From: Flavobacteriales bacterium
Lineage (GTDB): Bacteria; Bacteroidota; Bacteroidia; Flavobacteriales_F; PHOS-HE28
NCBI GenBank assembly: GCA_039933875.1
Contig: JBDTNF010000188.1
Location: forward strand, 53-64,052
Reading direction: 5' to 3'
DNA length: 64,000 nucleotides
In this document: piece after piece, positions 8,691 through 16,998 of the stretch
Numbering within the stretch: the stretch's first letter is position 1
Layout of the letters: each line of letters starts with the position of its first letter
Notes under the pieces: model-generated
Told to the model about the DNA's origin: nothing
What the model saw: the letters and a program-made list of their open reading frames with translations, nothing else
The model's database searches: none
Position numbers and translations under genes: made by a program

Positions 8691-10244
8691 TCAACCCTTG
8701 CGTCGTTTGCGTCGCACCATGAGGAGGGTGGTGGCGAGCAGAAGCAGTGCCCCACCACCCCAAAGCACCAGGCCGCGTGGCAGGAAAGGTGTGCGATCGA
8801 ACCCGTGTATATCCGTTCGCGTTGCGCCGGTTCCCGCATAGCGTACGAGGAACATATCATATAACCCATGGTTCGCAATGTCCAGCGAAGCTGCGGTGGG
8901 ATCAAGATCCATTCGCGCGCTGTTGAACTTGCCACAGGCGAAAAGTCCATCGCGCCCGGTGATCGCCAGGTGCAGTCCGAAATCCCGCTCCATGCCTTCA
9001 CTACCCCAAGAGACCCAGCGCAACGCGCCAGCCGGACCGTAGGAAGCCAGATAGTAATCCTGTATACCAAAGCTGGTGTGCTCAGCGGTCAGCGCGGGAT
9101 CGGGGTCGAAGTCGCAGACCCCGTCATAGGTGCCGGTGACATAGATATTCCCTTCGTCGTCCACGCCAAGATCCTCGGGTAGGTTACTAGCATCAATACC
9201 ACCTGGTGCGTAAGCACTGTGCAATGCGAACGCCCATTGAAGCATACCATCATCGTCATATTGAGCAAGAAAGGCCTTTGAGGGTTCGCCTGATACACAA
9301 CTCAGAACTTGTGTCGCAGGGCCGGGATCAATGTCGATGCTGCGATTGACCAAGCCGGCCAGGTACAGATGATCCCGCTTCCATGCGATCGTTGTGAACA
9401 CGTTGTTCGCACCAGCGAATTGTGCCAGCCGACGCAAGGAGCCATCCGGCCGATAGGTGGCAATGAAATTGCTCGGTTCCGTGCCTGTCAAACGGAGCCC
9501 TAATGGTTCCGGATCGAACTGGTTCTTTTCATCGGCAAGGCCGGCAACGAAGAGGTCACCGTCAGGATCCGTGGCGATATCCCAGAAGGACAGCGGTGTA
9601 TTGCCCTTCATCGCACGTCCCCAGAGTATATCACCACCAGCATTGAATTTGTAGAGGGTATGTGCCGTAGTGGTCGGAGTGGTCGTTCTCGCGCACGCAT
9701 AAATGAGAGGGCCTGCCGCCAGCGCCAATGAGGTTCCATAGCTGTTACCGTCATAGTGATAGTGGTGTTCCCAAACGAACGCTCCGAGACCGGAATACTT
9801 TGCGACCAATACGTCATGGTCCGTGCCCCCGGCTTCGATGTAGTGCGTCGCCGTGGAGGGATCCATATCGACGCGGCCCGTGAAAGCCCCGGTCACGTAT
9901 AGGTTACCAGCACCGTCCATGGCGATATCACGCCCCTCCGCGCCAGGGATGGCGAATCCCCACTGATAAGCGCCCTCGTTATTGTATTTCGACACCACCA
10001 TGCTCGATGAGCCGCCCACGCCCAGTTCCCCTCCTATTGCGTCAGGGGTCATATCCACCACGCCATTGATAATGCCGGTGATGTAGGCAGCTCCACTGGC
10101 ATCAGCTACAACGGCCATCCCGAAATCCCCGCCAACGCCCCCTAAGGCTTTGGCCCACCGGGGTGCTTGCGCGGAAGCGTTCATTGCACATGCGGAAAGC
10201 GCCAATTGCAATGGAAGTCGGACCTGCCATCCCGAAGATCTCAT
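8691..10244 (-). CDS. secreted SBBP beta-propeller-repeat protein with C-terminal TM anchor plus basic tail (GlyGly-CTERM/exosortase-like sorting signal)
   Basis: A signal peptide MRSSGWQVRLPLQLALSACAMNASAQA is present (start at 10244). There are repeated G.G.D.G..IA.D..GN.YVTG units. The C-terminus is GGGALLLLATTLLMVRRKRRKG. Confidence 0.6.
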   Translation of the reverse strand: MRSSGWQVRLPLQLALSACAMNASAQAPRWAKALGGVGGDFGMAVVADASGAAYITGIINGVVDMTPDAIGGELGVGGSSSMVVSKYNNEGAYQWGFAIPGAEGRDIAMDGAGNLYVTGAFTGRVDMDPSTATHYIEAGGTDHDVLVAKYSGLGAFVWEHHYHYDGNSYGTSLALAAGPLIYACARTTTPTTTAHTLYKFNAGGDILWGRAMKGNTPLSFWDIATDPDGDLFVAGLADEKNQFDPEPLGLRLTGTEPSNFIATYRPDGSLRRLAQFAGANNVFTTIAWKRDHLYLAGLVNRSIDIDPGPATQVLSCVSGEPSKAFLAQYDDDGMLQWAFALHSAYAPGGIDASNLPEDLGVDDEGNIYVTGTYDGVCDFDPDPALTAEHTSFGIQDYYLASYGPAGALRWVSWGSEGMERDFGLHLAITGRDGLFACGKFNSARMDLDPTAASLDIANHGLYDMFLVRYAGTGATRTDIHGFDRTPFLPRGLVLWGGGALLLLATTLLMVRRKRRKG

Positions 10245-10503
10245 GTGCTTGATCCGTTCAATTCGACCGCAGGCAGGTAGCTGCCACACTGGATGAAATG
10301 GACCTCGGTGCCGGGAGTAGGAAAGGGATAGCCGTTCATGGCAAGGTTGTGCAGGTCGGTATGTCTTGGATAAAGGTCATACTCGCGCATCACTCTTGCA
10401 AGGATGTCCGAGGGTCTCACTTCCGCCGTATTGCAAGGGATGCGTGCTGCATTCCCGAACTTCGGACCCACACTTGCACTACGCCGGTCAAAATCCTCAT
10501 CCC

Positions 10504-10908
10504 ATGCTTCGCACAACCCTTCTCCTCCTTACCCTCATCACCCTCACCACCTTGCGCGCCCAGGATGCGCTGAGCACCCTCACCGGCGCCGGCCCCAGCA
10601 AGCAATGGAGCGTGATCGGCAACGCCACCGCACCCAAGTGCAGCCCCGGCGATGCCACGTACACCTTCAGCGCGAAACAGGTGGCGGTCGGCACCTGCGC
10701 GGGTGGTGCATGGAAGAGCAGCAACGAGGCCCTCACCACTTGGAGCGCCGGTGGCAAAAGCGGCATCGCCTTCGGCGGATCGAAATACGAAGTGAAAAGC
10801 CTGCCCGCTACCGCACCGGCCTGCAAGGGCAATGCGAACTGCGTGCGCCTGGTCACCATGCCCGATGGCAAGACCGACGCCACGCGCACCATCTACCTCA
10901 CGCACTGA
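10504..10908 (+). CDS. small secreted hypothetical protein (134 aa)
   Basis: A signal peptide MLRTTLLLLTLITLTTLRAQ is present. The stop codon overlaps the next gene's start (TGATG). Confidence 0.5.
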   Translation: MLRTTLLLLTLITLTTLRAQDALSTLTGAGPSKQWSVIGNATAPKCSPGDATYTFSAKQVAVGTCAGGAWKSSNEALTTWSAGGKSGIAFGGSKYEVKSLPATAPACKGNANCVRLVTMPDGKTDATRTIYLTH

Positions 10909-11384
10909 TGGAAGAAAAGTCCCCGAGGAAAGGCGCCGACTATTCCAAGGCGGTGGCTCCGCTGCTCACGGTGCTCGGCATCTCGGTGGGTGCGTGGCAG
11001 TTCACCAGCCAGATGAGCCACGAGAGCAAGATGGAGTTCAGCCGCAGCATGTACAACAAGAAGCTGCAGGCCTACGAGCAGGTTGGTCGCGCGGTGGGCG
11101 ACCTGCTGGTGGTGCCCCACGACGAGCAGTTGTGGATAAGCGCGGGCGATACGCTGGCCTTCGACAGTTGCCTGGAACGTTTCCGCACCTGTTACTGGGG
11201 CGTGCTGCCCCTGGTGGAGGACAGCACCGTGGAAACGGCGATGATCCAGTTCAAGGATATGGCGCGGTTCTACCGCCGCGGCGAGAACGATTACCACGAC
11301 CTGGCCCGCGAAGGCATGGCGCTGATGAACGCCTGCAACCGCTCGCTGGAGCAGCACTGGAGCAAGCCGAAGAAGGAGGAGTGA
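10908..11384 (+). CDS. hypothetical single-TM protein (158 aa), translationally coupled to 10504-10908
   Basis: The start MEEKSPRK... overlaps the upstream stop. One hydrophobic helix VAPLLTVLGISVGAWQF is predicted. Confidence 0.5.
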   Translation: MEEKSPRKGADYSKAVAPLLTVLGISVGAWQFTSQMSHESKMEFSRSMYNKKLQAYEQVGRAVGDLLVVPHDEQLWISAGDTLAFDSCLERFRTCYWGVLPLVEDSTVETAMIQFKDMARFYRRGENDYHDLAREGMALMNACNRSLEQHWSKPKKEE

Positions 11385-11571
11385 GCTTCTCGCGGATCGT
11401 TCGCGTCAGTGGTGCGTACCAGGTCGAACAATGTTCTTGATGGTGCTACGCAATTTGAATTCCATCGGAGCGCCTACCTCTGGATATCCGCCTGTCGGAT
11501 CACGCTCCCCTGTATGGAAAGCCGACCTACCTACGAAGAGCAAGAGCTTTGATCCGACGAGCTTCTCTTTG

Positions 11572-11601
11572 GTACTTTCTCTTGCGATCAAGAGAAAGTA
11601 C
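11572..11601. repeat. perfect 13-bp inverted repeat (GTACTTTCTCTTG-cgat-CAAGAGAAAGTAC) flanked by GATCCG(A/C)CGAG direct repeats, inside a 550-bp non-coding spacer
   Basis: Read directly from the sequence. It lies within the 11385-11933 convergent intergenic region, which has no convincing ORF. Confidence 0.6.
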
Positions 11602-11933
11602 GATCCGCCGAGGATGCAGTGTAGCGCAGACCAAGTCCGCCTTGGCGCGCACCCACCTAGCCCCTCGCTCTCTACTGACTTGGCGCATTCACCTGGCCCT
11701 CCGCATTCTGCCGCCCTTGGCCAACTCACCAAGTGCAAGCCGCACGGTAGTCGCCGTACTTTCTTTTGTCGCCCAACCCTTCGATGTCGCTCAGGGCAAG
11801 TATCAAAGAAAAAGGAGGACCAGATCATCACCGCTGATCACGAACGTGAGCGTTCAACGGCATTGGATCCGCTCCCTGTTCGAGAGGTGATCCGTCGCGC
11901 GTGCGCAAACTCCCGGCGCCTTCTGTTCCCCGC

Positions 11934-12497
11934 TCAGGTGGGCTGCCTGTCGTGCACCCCCTCGCGCACTTCCTCCAGCAACTTCGCGTTGAAGGCGGGA
12001 AGGTCCTTCGGGCTCCGGCTCGTCACCAGGCCCTGGTCCACCACCACTTCCTGGTCGCTCCAGATGGCACCGGCGTTCTTCAGGTCGGTCTTGATGCTTC
12101 CATAGCTGGTGAGTTTCCGCCCACGCACCACATCGGCTTCGGCAAGCATCCAGGGTCCGTGGCAGATGGCGGCCACCGGTTTCTTCTGCGTGAAGAAGGC
12201 GCGCACGAAGGCCACGGCCTCGCGGCTTTGCCGCAGCTGGTCGGGATTGATCACGCCGCCGGGGAGCACCAGCGCGTCGTAATCGTCGGCCGAGACATTG
12301 GTGACCATGTGGTCCACCGCTGTGGTGCCGTGCCAATCACCGTTCTTCCAACCCTTGATGGTACCACTGGCGAGGGAGATCACGCTCGCGATGGCTCCCG
12401 CTTCTTCCAGCGCCGTGCGCGGGCTGTTGAGTTCGCTGTCCTCGTATCCGTTGGTGGCGAGAATGGCCACTCGCCTGCCTTTCAGACTGTCGTTCAT
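11934..12497 (-). CDS. pfpI: DJ-1/PfpI family protein (intracellular protease/amidase, YhbO-like)
   Basis: The nucleophile elbow AAICHGPW is present, with a DJ-1/PfpI-like fold pattern. The protein is 187 aa. Confidence 0.8.
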   Translation of the reverse strand: MNDSLKGRRVAILATNGYEDSELNSPRTALEEAGAIASVISLASGTIKGWKNGDWHGTTAVDHMVTNVSADDYDALVLPGGVINPDQLRQSREAVAFVRAFFTQKKPVAAICHGPWMLAEADVVRGRKLTSYGSIKTDLKNAGAIWSDQEVVVDQGLVTSRSPKDLPAFNAKLLEEVREGVHDRQPT

Positions 12498-12517
12498 GGG
12501 ATGATGGGTTTTGCTGA

Positions 12518-13093
12518 TCAGTGCTTCCGATGGTTGCTCATCCGTGCACGCCGGCCTTTGAGGGCGGCCACGCGTTCGGTCTGCGCGTTGTGCTGGAAGG
12601 ATGTATGGCCGCGCATGGGGACCTTGGTGTCGGGCGTGGGGTCGAAGGTGGCATCGGGCTGCACGTCGAACTGGGCCACGGCGGTGAGCTCCTCTACCGG
12701 GGCACCGGTGGCCTCGGGCTGTTGTTGTTCAGTGACCTTGGCCTTTGGCTCTTCGTTGGCGCGTGCGCGCACCGGTACGCTCCGGGGCTTTTCTGCCTTG
12801 GGCTTCTCCATTTGGCGGGCGGGCATGGCGGCCTTCTTCATCACCGCGGCTTTCGGCGCCGGTTTCATAGTGGTCGACTTCTTCGCGACCGGTTTTTTCT
12901 GCGCGGTCTTCGCGGCACTCGCCTTGGCCACTTTCGTGCTCGTCGTTTTGGCCGATGCACCACGCTCAGCGACCTTCTTCTTCACTGCGGCTTTCGGTGC
13001 CGGCTTCCGGGCTGTCGACTTCTTCGCAGCAGGTTTCTTCTTTGCGGACTTCATGGCTTTGTGTTTCACGAAGCGCGGCGAAGTGCGTGCCAT
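12518..13093 (-). CDS. histone H1-like Lys/Ala-rich DNA-binding protein (191 aa) with internal tandem duplication
   Basis: MARTSPRFVKHKAMKSAKKKPAAKKSTARKPAPKAAVKKK... contains KKP.AKKST..KPAPKAAV.KK twice. The long 499-aa ORF upstream of this Met is Arg-rich GC-artefact-like sequence. Confidence 0.55.
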   Translation of the reverse strand: MARTSPRFVKHKAMKSAKKKPAAKKSTARKPAPKAAVKKKVAERGASAKTTSTKVAKASAAKTAQKKPVAKKSTTMKPAPKAAVMKKAAMPARQMEKPKAEKPRSVPVRARANEEPKAKVTEQQQPEATGAPVEELTAVAQFDVQPDATFDPTPDTKVPMRGHTSFQHNAQTERVAALKGRRARMSNHRKH

Positions 13094-13123
13094 GGCGTGC
13101 TCCTTGCCACGTTCCCGCCAAAC

Positions 13124-13348
13124 ATGCACGCCATGAACAAACCACTTCCGCTCATTCTGCTGATCGCAGGACTCGCGATCATCGGCCTCGGCTTGATGAA
13201 GAAGGACGACGGCCAGGCTGAGATAGACCTCGGCAAGACGGAGATCACACTGGGCAAAAGCGACAGCGCCTTCAACCCGTATTTCATTGTGGGCGGCGTC
13301 GCTGCGGCCGCCGGTCTGGCGCTGATACTGGTGAAGAACAAAGGCTGA
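13124..13348 (+). CDS. small two-TM membrane protein (about 74 aa), divergent from the histone-like gene
   Basis: MHAMNKPLPLILLIAGLAIIGLGL...FIVGGVAAAAGLALILVKNKG has two clear hydrophobic helices. Confidence 0.4.
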   Translation: MHAMNKPLPLILLIAGLAIIGLGLMKKDDGQAEIDLGKTEITLGKSDSAFNPYFIVGGVAAAAGLALILVKNKG

Positions 13349-13401
13349 TCGCCGTGTAGTCCGTGCACACGGTGGGTAGATCCTTCCACGCCGCCCCGCG
13401 A

Positions 13402-14250
13402 TCAGAAATGGATCGCTAGGCCAACCCCGGTGCGCACGCCGCCGAGGGTCACACGGTACTCGGGGCGCACCAAGGCGTCCTCTTCCAGGGTATGGGCGGC
13501 GAAATGCGGCTCGGCCAGTGGCAGCGTGAGGTCCACATCGGCGAACAACGATACGTAGCGCGTGAAGTACAGTTCGGGGCGGAGCTCCACCGCGAGGCTC
13601 GCCCCCCAGGCGGTGGCACGCTGCACCACTTGGCGTGCATCCCAATTGGAGATGGCGATCGCTGGACCATAGGGCTCGTAGCCGGTGGCGCTCATCAAGA
13701 TGTTGTCGCTCACAGTGTACTGTTGGTTGGCGACAAGGCCGAGTTCGGCGGCCACGTTGTGCACACGCAGACCCCAGGCAGCGTGCAAGCCGAAGCCGAC
13801 ATGGTGCCGACCGGCATAGGGCCTGATGGCGATCCGATGCAGCACCGACAGCGTGTTCATGGTATGCGCGAGGGTGAGCAGGTCGGCTTCGTACACGTTG
13901 GTGGTGATGGTGCCGAAGAACCAGCTGGGCGTGCTGGTGGTGGAGATGAGTTCGTTGGTCGCGTTCCACCCATGCCGCGTGGCGGCGCGGTCGTAGGCGA
14001 GCACCAGCGTGCCCCATTTACCGGGGCGGTAACCACATTCCACCCGCCAGGCCGAACCCGTGGTACCGGATCGCATGTCCTGTGGTGTCGGATCCATCAG
14101 GTTGTGCGCGTCGTAGTTGGTCATATAGGTCCCAGCCACATCCCAGCGGGTGGGCCTCGGATCCTGTGCTTGTGCCGCAGGGAAACCGCGGAGCACGATC
14201 GCGGCGGCCATCAGCCAGCGCGTGCATCGTTCGGGGGAAAGGGGTTCCAT
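13402..14250 (-). CDS. outer-membrane beta-barrel protein, possible PorP/SprF-type T9SS partner of the upstream cargo gene
   Basis: The protein has a signal-like N-terminus, alternating beta-strand-like composition and a C-terminal aromatic residue (…GLAIHF). It lies immediately downstream of a T9SS CTD cargo gene. Alternative starts are at 14283 and 14211. Confidence 0.4.
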   Translation of the reverse strand: MEPLSPERCTRWLMAAAIVLRGFPAAQAQDPRPTRWDVAGTYMTNYDAHNLMDPTPQDMRSGTTGSAWRVECGYRPGKWGTLVLAYDRAATRHGWNATNELISTTSTPSWFFGTITTNVYEADLLTLAHTMNTLSVLHRIAIRPYAGRHHVGFGLHAAWGLRVHNVAAELGLVANQQYTVSDNILMSATGYEPYGPAIAISNWDARQVVQRATAWGASLAVELRPELYFTRYVSLFADVDLTLPLAEPHFAAHTLEEDALVRPEYRVTLGGVRTGVGLAIHF

Positions 14251-14261
14251 GGCATCGGGCG

Positions 14262-15242
14262 TTAGTTCACGGTGAAGGCGCAACCGGTGGTGCGGCCATC
14301 GGTGGCCGATGAAGCGCGCAGCAGATAAGTGCCGGGTAGCAGGGTGTGTACATCGAGCATCACGGGTTCGGTGGTCGCCACCATATTCGTGTGCAACACC
14401 AACCGGCCGGTGGCATCGAACACATCCACGTTCACCGTGCCGGTGGTGCCAGGCAAACGCAGGTTAAGGTTGGCGTGCGCCGGCACGGGCCATAGCTCGG
14501 GCTTCATCCCGGCCACATGCTCGTTCATGCCGATGGTCGCATCGTCCAGGGCGCGTGTGAAGTACGTGGTGTCACTATTCTCGAAGGGGGTGGTGTACCA
14601 GTTGGCACTGAGCCGCGCCACGACACCGCGCACGTTCGGTGCGTAGAACTCCAGGTTCTCCTGGTAGTTCACCACCGCATAGCCGCCGGCGGTGTCCAGC
14701 AGCATGGTCGTCCTATGCAGCCCCACCACCTCCATCTCCTGGCCTCCGGGCAGGCGCACCGTTCCCCAGGCATCAGCGGTCCAGCGCACGGTATCCTGGT
14801 ACAATATGCCCGACCCATCCATATAGCTATAGGGGTCCTCCCAAGTGGTGCCCGCCGTCCAGGGGAAGGGCATCACCACCAAGGGGTCCACCATCTCAAA
14901 GTGGTCGTCGGGGGAGACATACCAACCGACCACCGTCCATGCGGTGGGGCTCTCGTTGTAGAACTCGGTGACCCAATCACCGGCCAGGGCCACATTGGCT
15001 TGTGGGTTGAGGCTGGCACCCGGCATGGTGTCGGGCAGCGCATAGGGCCACACGGTCGAAGAAGGGAACGTAAGACCGCTCAAGTCCCAATACTGCGCGG
15101 GGCCCGCTGCGAACGGGATGCCCGACGAGGTGAGGAGGTAGTGGCGCACATCCCCCGGCTGCGGCTGTATGCTGCTCGTGATGATGGGTTGTGCCGTACT
15201 GGCAGTGGGGAGAAGGAGGAGGAAGGCGTAGAGCTTGTTCAT
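14262..15242 (-). CDS. T9SS C-terminal sorting-domain secreted protein
   Basis: A signal peptide MNKLYAFLLLLPTASTAQ is present. The C-terminal Por-type tail reads ...VNVDVFDATGRLVLHTNMV...LLPGTYLLRASSATDGRTTGCAFTVN. Confidence 0.65.
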   Translation of the reverse strand: MNKLYAFLLLLPTASTAQPIITSSIQPQPGDVRHYLLTSSGIPFAAGPAQYWDLSGLTFPSSTVWPYALPDTMPGASLNPQANVALAGDWVTEFYNESPTAWTVVGWYVSPDDHFEMVDPLVVMPFPWTAGTTWEDPYSYMDGSGILYQDTVRWTADAWGTVRLPGGQEMEVVGLHRTTMLLDTAGGYAVVNYQENLEFYAPNVRGVVARLSANWYTTPFENSDTTYFTRALDDATIGMNEHVAGMKPELWPVPAHANLNLRLPGTTGTVNVDVFDATGRLVLHTNMVATTEPVMLDVHTLLPGTYLLRASSATDGRTTGCAFTVN

Positions 15243-15616
15243 GGTGTGGCGATCGCTTTTCATGATCGTGGTACCAAGCAACACCCGCAGTGCGGCGATG
15301 TACTTGCACCGATCGCGCCACCTCGCGCTGCGTTCCGCATGGATCACTGATCCGCCATGCCGCGAAGGCGATCCGTCGCGTTCCGTCCCACGCAGAGGCC
15401 GGGATCAACGCATATGCCCGGTGGCTGCGAACATCGGTGGCGCGCGCCGCATGCGGCGCGGAAAAAGGCCGGCCTGTTCGCTCTGCGGGCCACGGATCCC
15501 TGCGCCATGCCCACTGCCCCGCCAGGGCTACGCGGTGTGGTTCAACTGAAGGCTCGCTGGTGGGATGCACCGTGCCGAATGGTTAGCTTCACCATCGAAC
15601 CCTAACCCACCTTGTC

Positions 15617-16078
15617 ATGAGAACGATACAACGCACACTGACCATCCTCTGCCTTGCCGCAGGCCTTGTGCCCGACGCCGTCGCACAAAGCGACTCCCCC
15701 TTCAAAGAGGGCACCGTGTACACCGTGGCCATGATCCGCACGGAGGCCAATTCGCAGGATGATTACTTGAAGTTGCTGAGCACCTACTACGTGCCGCTGA
15801 TGACCAAGGCCAAAGAGCAAGGGCTGATCAAGGGCTTCACGCTGCTCAGCGGCGCCTTCGCCAACCAGGAGGACTTCGACGTGATGATGCTGGTGGAGTA
15901 CGAGAGCATGGCCATGATGGATCCCGATGTGGCGCGCGAGGCGAAGTGGAAAGCGATCCGTGATGGCATGGACACCAGCATCGGTGGCAAGGAGAAGACC
16001 GATGCCATGCAGACACAGTTCGGAGGCATGCGCACGTACGTGGGCAACAAGCTCATGCGCAAGCTGGAGTTGAAGTAA
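15617..16078 (+). CDS. secreted hypothetical protein (153 aa)
   Basis: A signal peptide MRTIQRTLTILCLAAGLVPDAVAQ is present. A strong intrinsic terminator follows. Confidence 0.55.
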   Translation: MRTIQRTLTILCLAAGLVPDAVAQSDSPFKEGTVYTVAMIRTEANSQDDYLKLLSTYYVPLMTKAKEQGLIKGFTLLSGAFANQEDFDVMMLVEYESMAMMDPDVAREAKWKAIRDGMDTSIGGKEKTDAMQTQFGGMRTYVGNKLMRKLELK

Positions 16079-16099
16079 CCTGTAACACCGCTGACAAAA

Positions 16100-16127
16100 G
16101 GCCGGGACGTGTCCCGGCCTTTTGCTT
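16100..16127 (+). terminator. rho-independent terminator (GGCCGGGAC-gt-GTCCCGGCC followed by TTTTGCTTT); an A-run on the other side makes it potentially bidirectional
   Basis: A perfect 9-bp GC-rich stem followed by a T-tract, immediately after the 15617-16078 gene. Confidence 0.75.
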
Positions 16128-16224
16128 TCCGCCGCGATACGTTGAGCCAGGGTAACCGACGCTGTATGGCAGGGGATGAAGATCATCGCAGGGCGCCTTA
16201 CTTTGCTCGCAAGCAAAGCGAAGC

Positions 16225-16971
16225 ATGATAAGCAATGCCGCACCTAACAGGCCAGGGGATAAGGTACTGCCTCTGCTCGCCATTGGTTTGAGCACAATCG
16301 CTCTGTTCTCGAGCTTCTATAACGGAAACATCTCGGCGATCATCATTGCCTTGATAGGGATCGCGGCCGGGGCATCCTACTTCTTGCGCAGCAAATGGTT
16401 CTTCCTGTTGATCCAACTCTGGATCTACGGACAGCTGCCATCCATTTCACGGGATAGGGAAACGGTCCTCGACGATGGTCAACGCATCACAGTCCATCAG
16501 CCCTTGCTTGATGCTGGACAAGTCTTCAAATACAGCATCGGCTTGCATTTGGGGGTCTCCAAGGGCTCACTGGATCTCGAAGTGAACTTGGTGCCTCTTG
16601 GCTTTTTGATACTCTTCCGCCTCCTCCAAAGCGGTGCGCTCATCGGAAGCATTGTGCGCATTGCGCAATTCCGACGGGATACGGATCTGAGTGACATATT
16701 CCCCCTTGAGGGCAAGGTCATACGTGTGGTAACCCTCGGGTCGGAAAAACACTGGCTGCTGATCGAACTCGGCCAGACCGTCCAGATCTCAATGCATACG
16801 ATCGCTCACCTTTTGATCAGGGACAAGGAAGGAGAGATCTATCGCCCCGGGAAGGCCGGTCGTGTCTCCTACCTCGTATCGGTCCCTGACCCTGGTGTTA
16901 TCCATGACGGCTCCAACAGGAAAGACCAATTCAAGTTCATTGATTGGGGTCTGGTATCGTTGAAACGGTAA
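16225..16971 (+). CDS. hypothetical membrane protein (248 aa), lower-GC composition
   Basis: There are N-terminal TM helices, no recognisable motifs, and visibly AT-richer DNA. Confidence 0.45.
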   Translation: MISNAAPNRPGDKVLPLLAIGLSTIALFSSFYNGNISAIIIALIGIAAGASYFLRSKWFFLLIQLWIYGQLPSISRDRETVLDDGQRITVHQPLLDAGQVFKYSIGLHLGVSKGSLDLEVNLVPLGFLILFRLLQSGALIGSIVRIAQFRRDTDLSDIFPLEGKVIRVVTLGSEKHWLLIELGQTVQISMHTIAHLLIRDKEGEIYRPGKAGRVSYLVSVPDPGVIHDGSNRKDQFKFIDWGLVSLKR

Positions 16972-16998
16972 TCTTCACCCTCTCCCAGCGATCGATAG

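Noticed and set aside
10380-10445. direct repeat TTGCAAGG(G)ATG occurring twice in the divergent promoter region
   Set aside because: There are only two short copies and no further support. It may be an operator, but it is too weak to call.
10241-10516. 91-aa ORF spanning the divergent promoter region between the SBBP gene and the 10504 gene
   Set aside because: It has no motif, and it overlaps the signal-peptide start of the downstream gene and the likely promoter region. It was not possible to support it.
12518-14017. 499-aa minus-strand ORF extending far upstream of the histone-like protein
   Set aside because: The upstream 300 residues are Arg/His/Pro-rich low-complexity sequence typical of wrong-frame translation in high-GC DNA. 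They overlap a plausible plus-strand small-membrane gene and the plus-strand frame opposite. Only the Lys-rich C-terminal 191 aa starting at MARTSP look real.
16197-16215. CTTTGCT-cgca-AGCAAAG hairpin upstream of the 16225 membrane gene
   Set aside because: It is a short 7-bp stem lying in a 5' UTR or promoter region. A role cannot be assigned.
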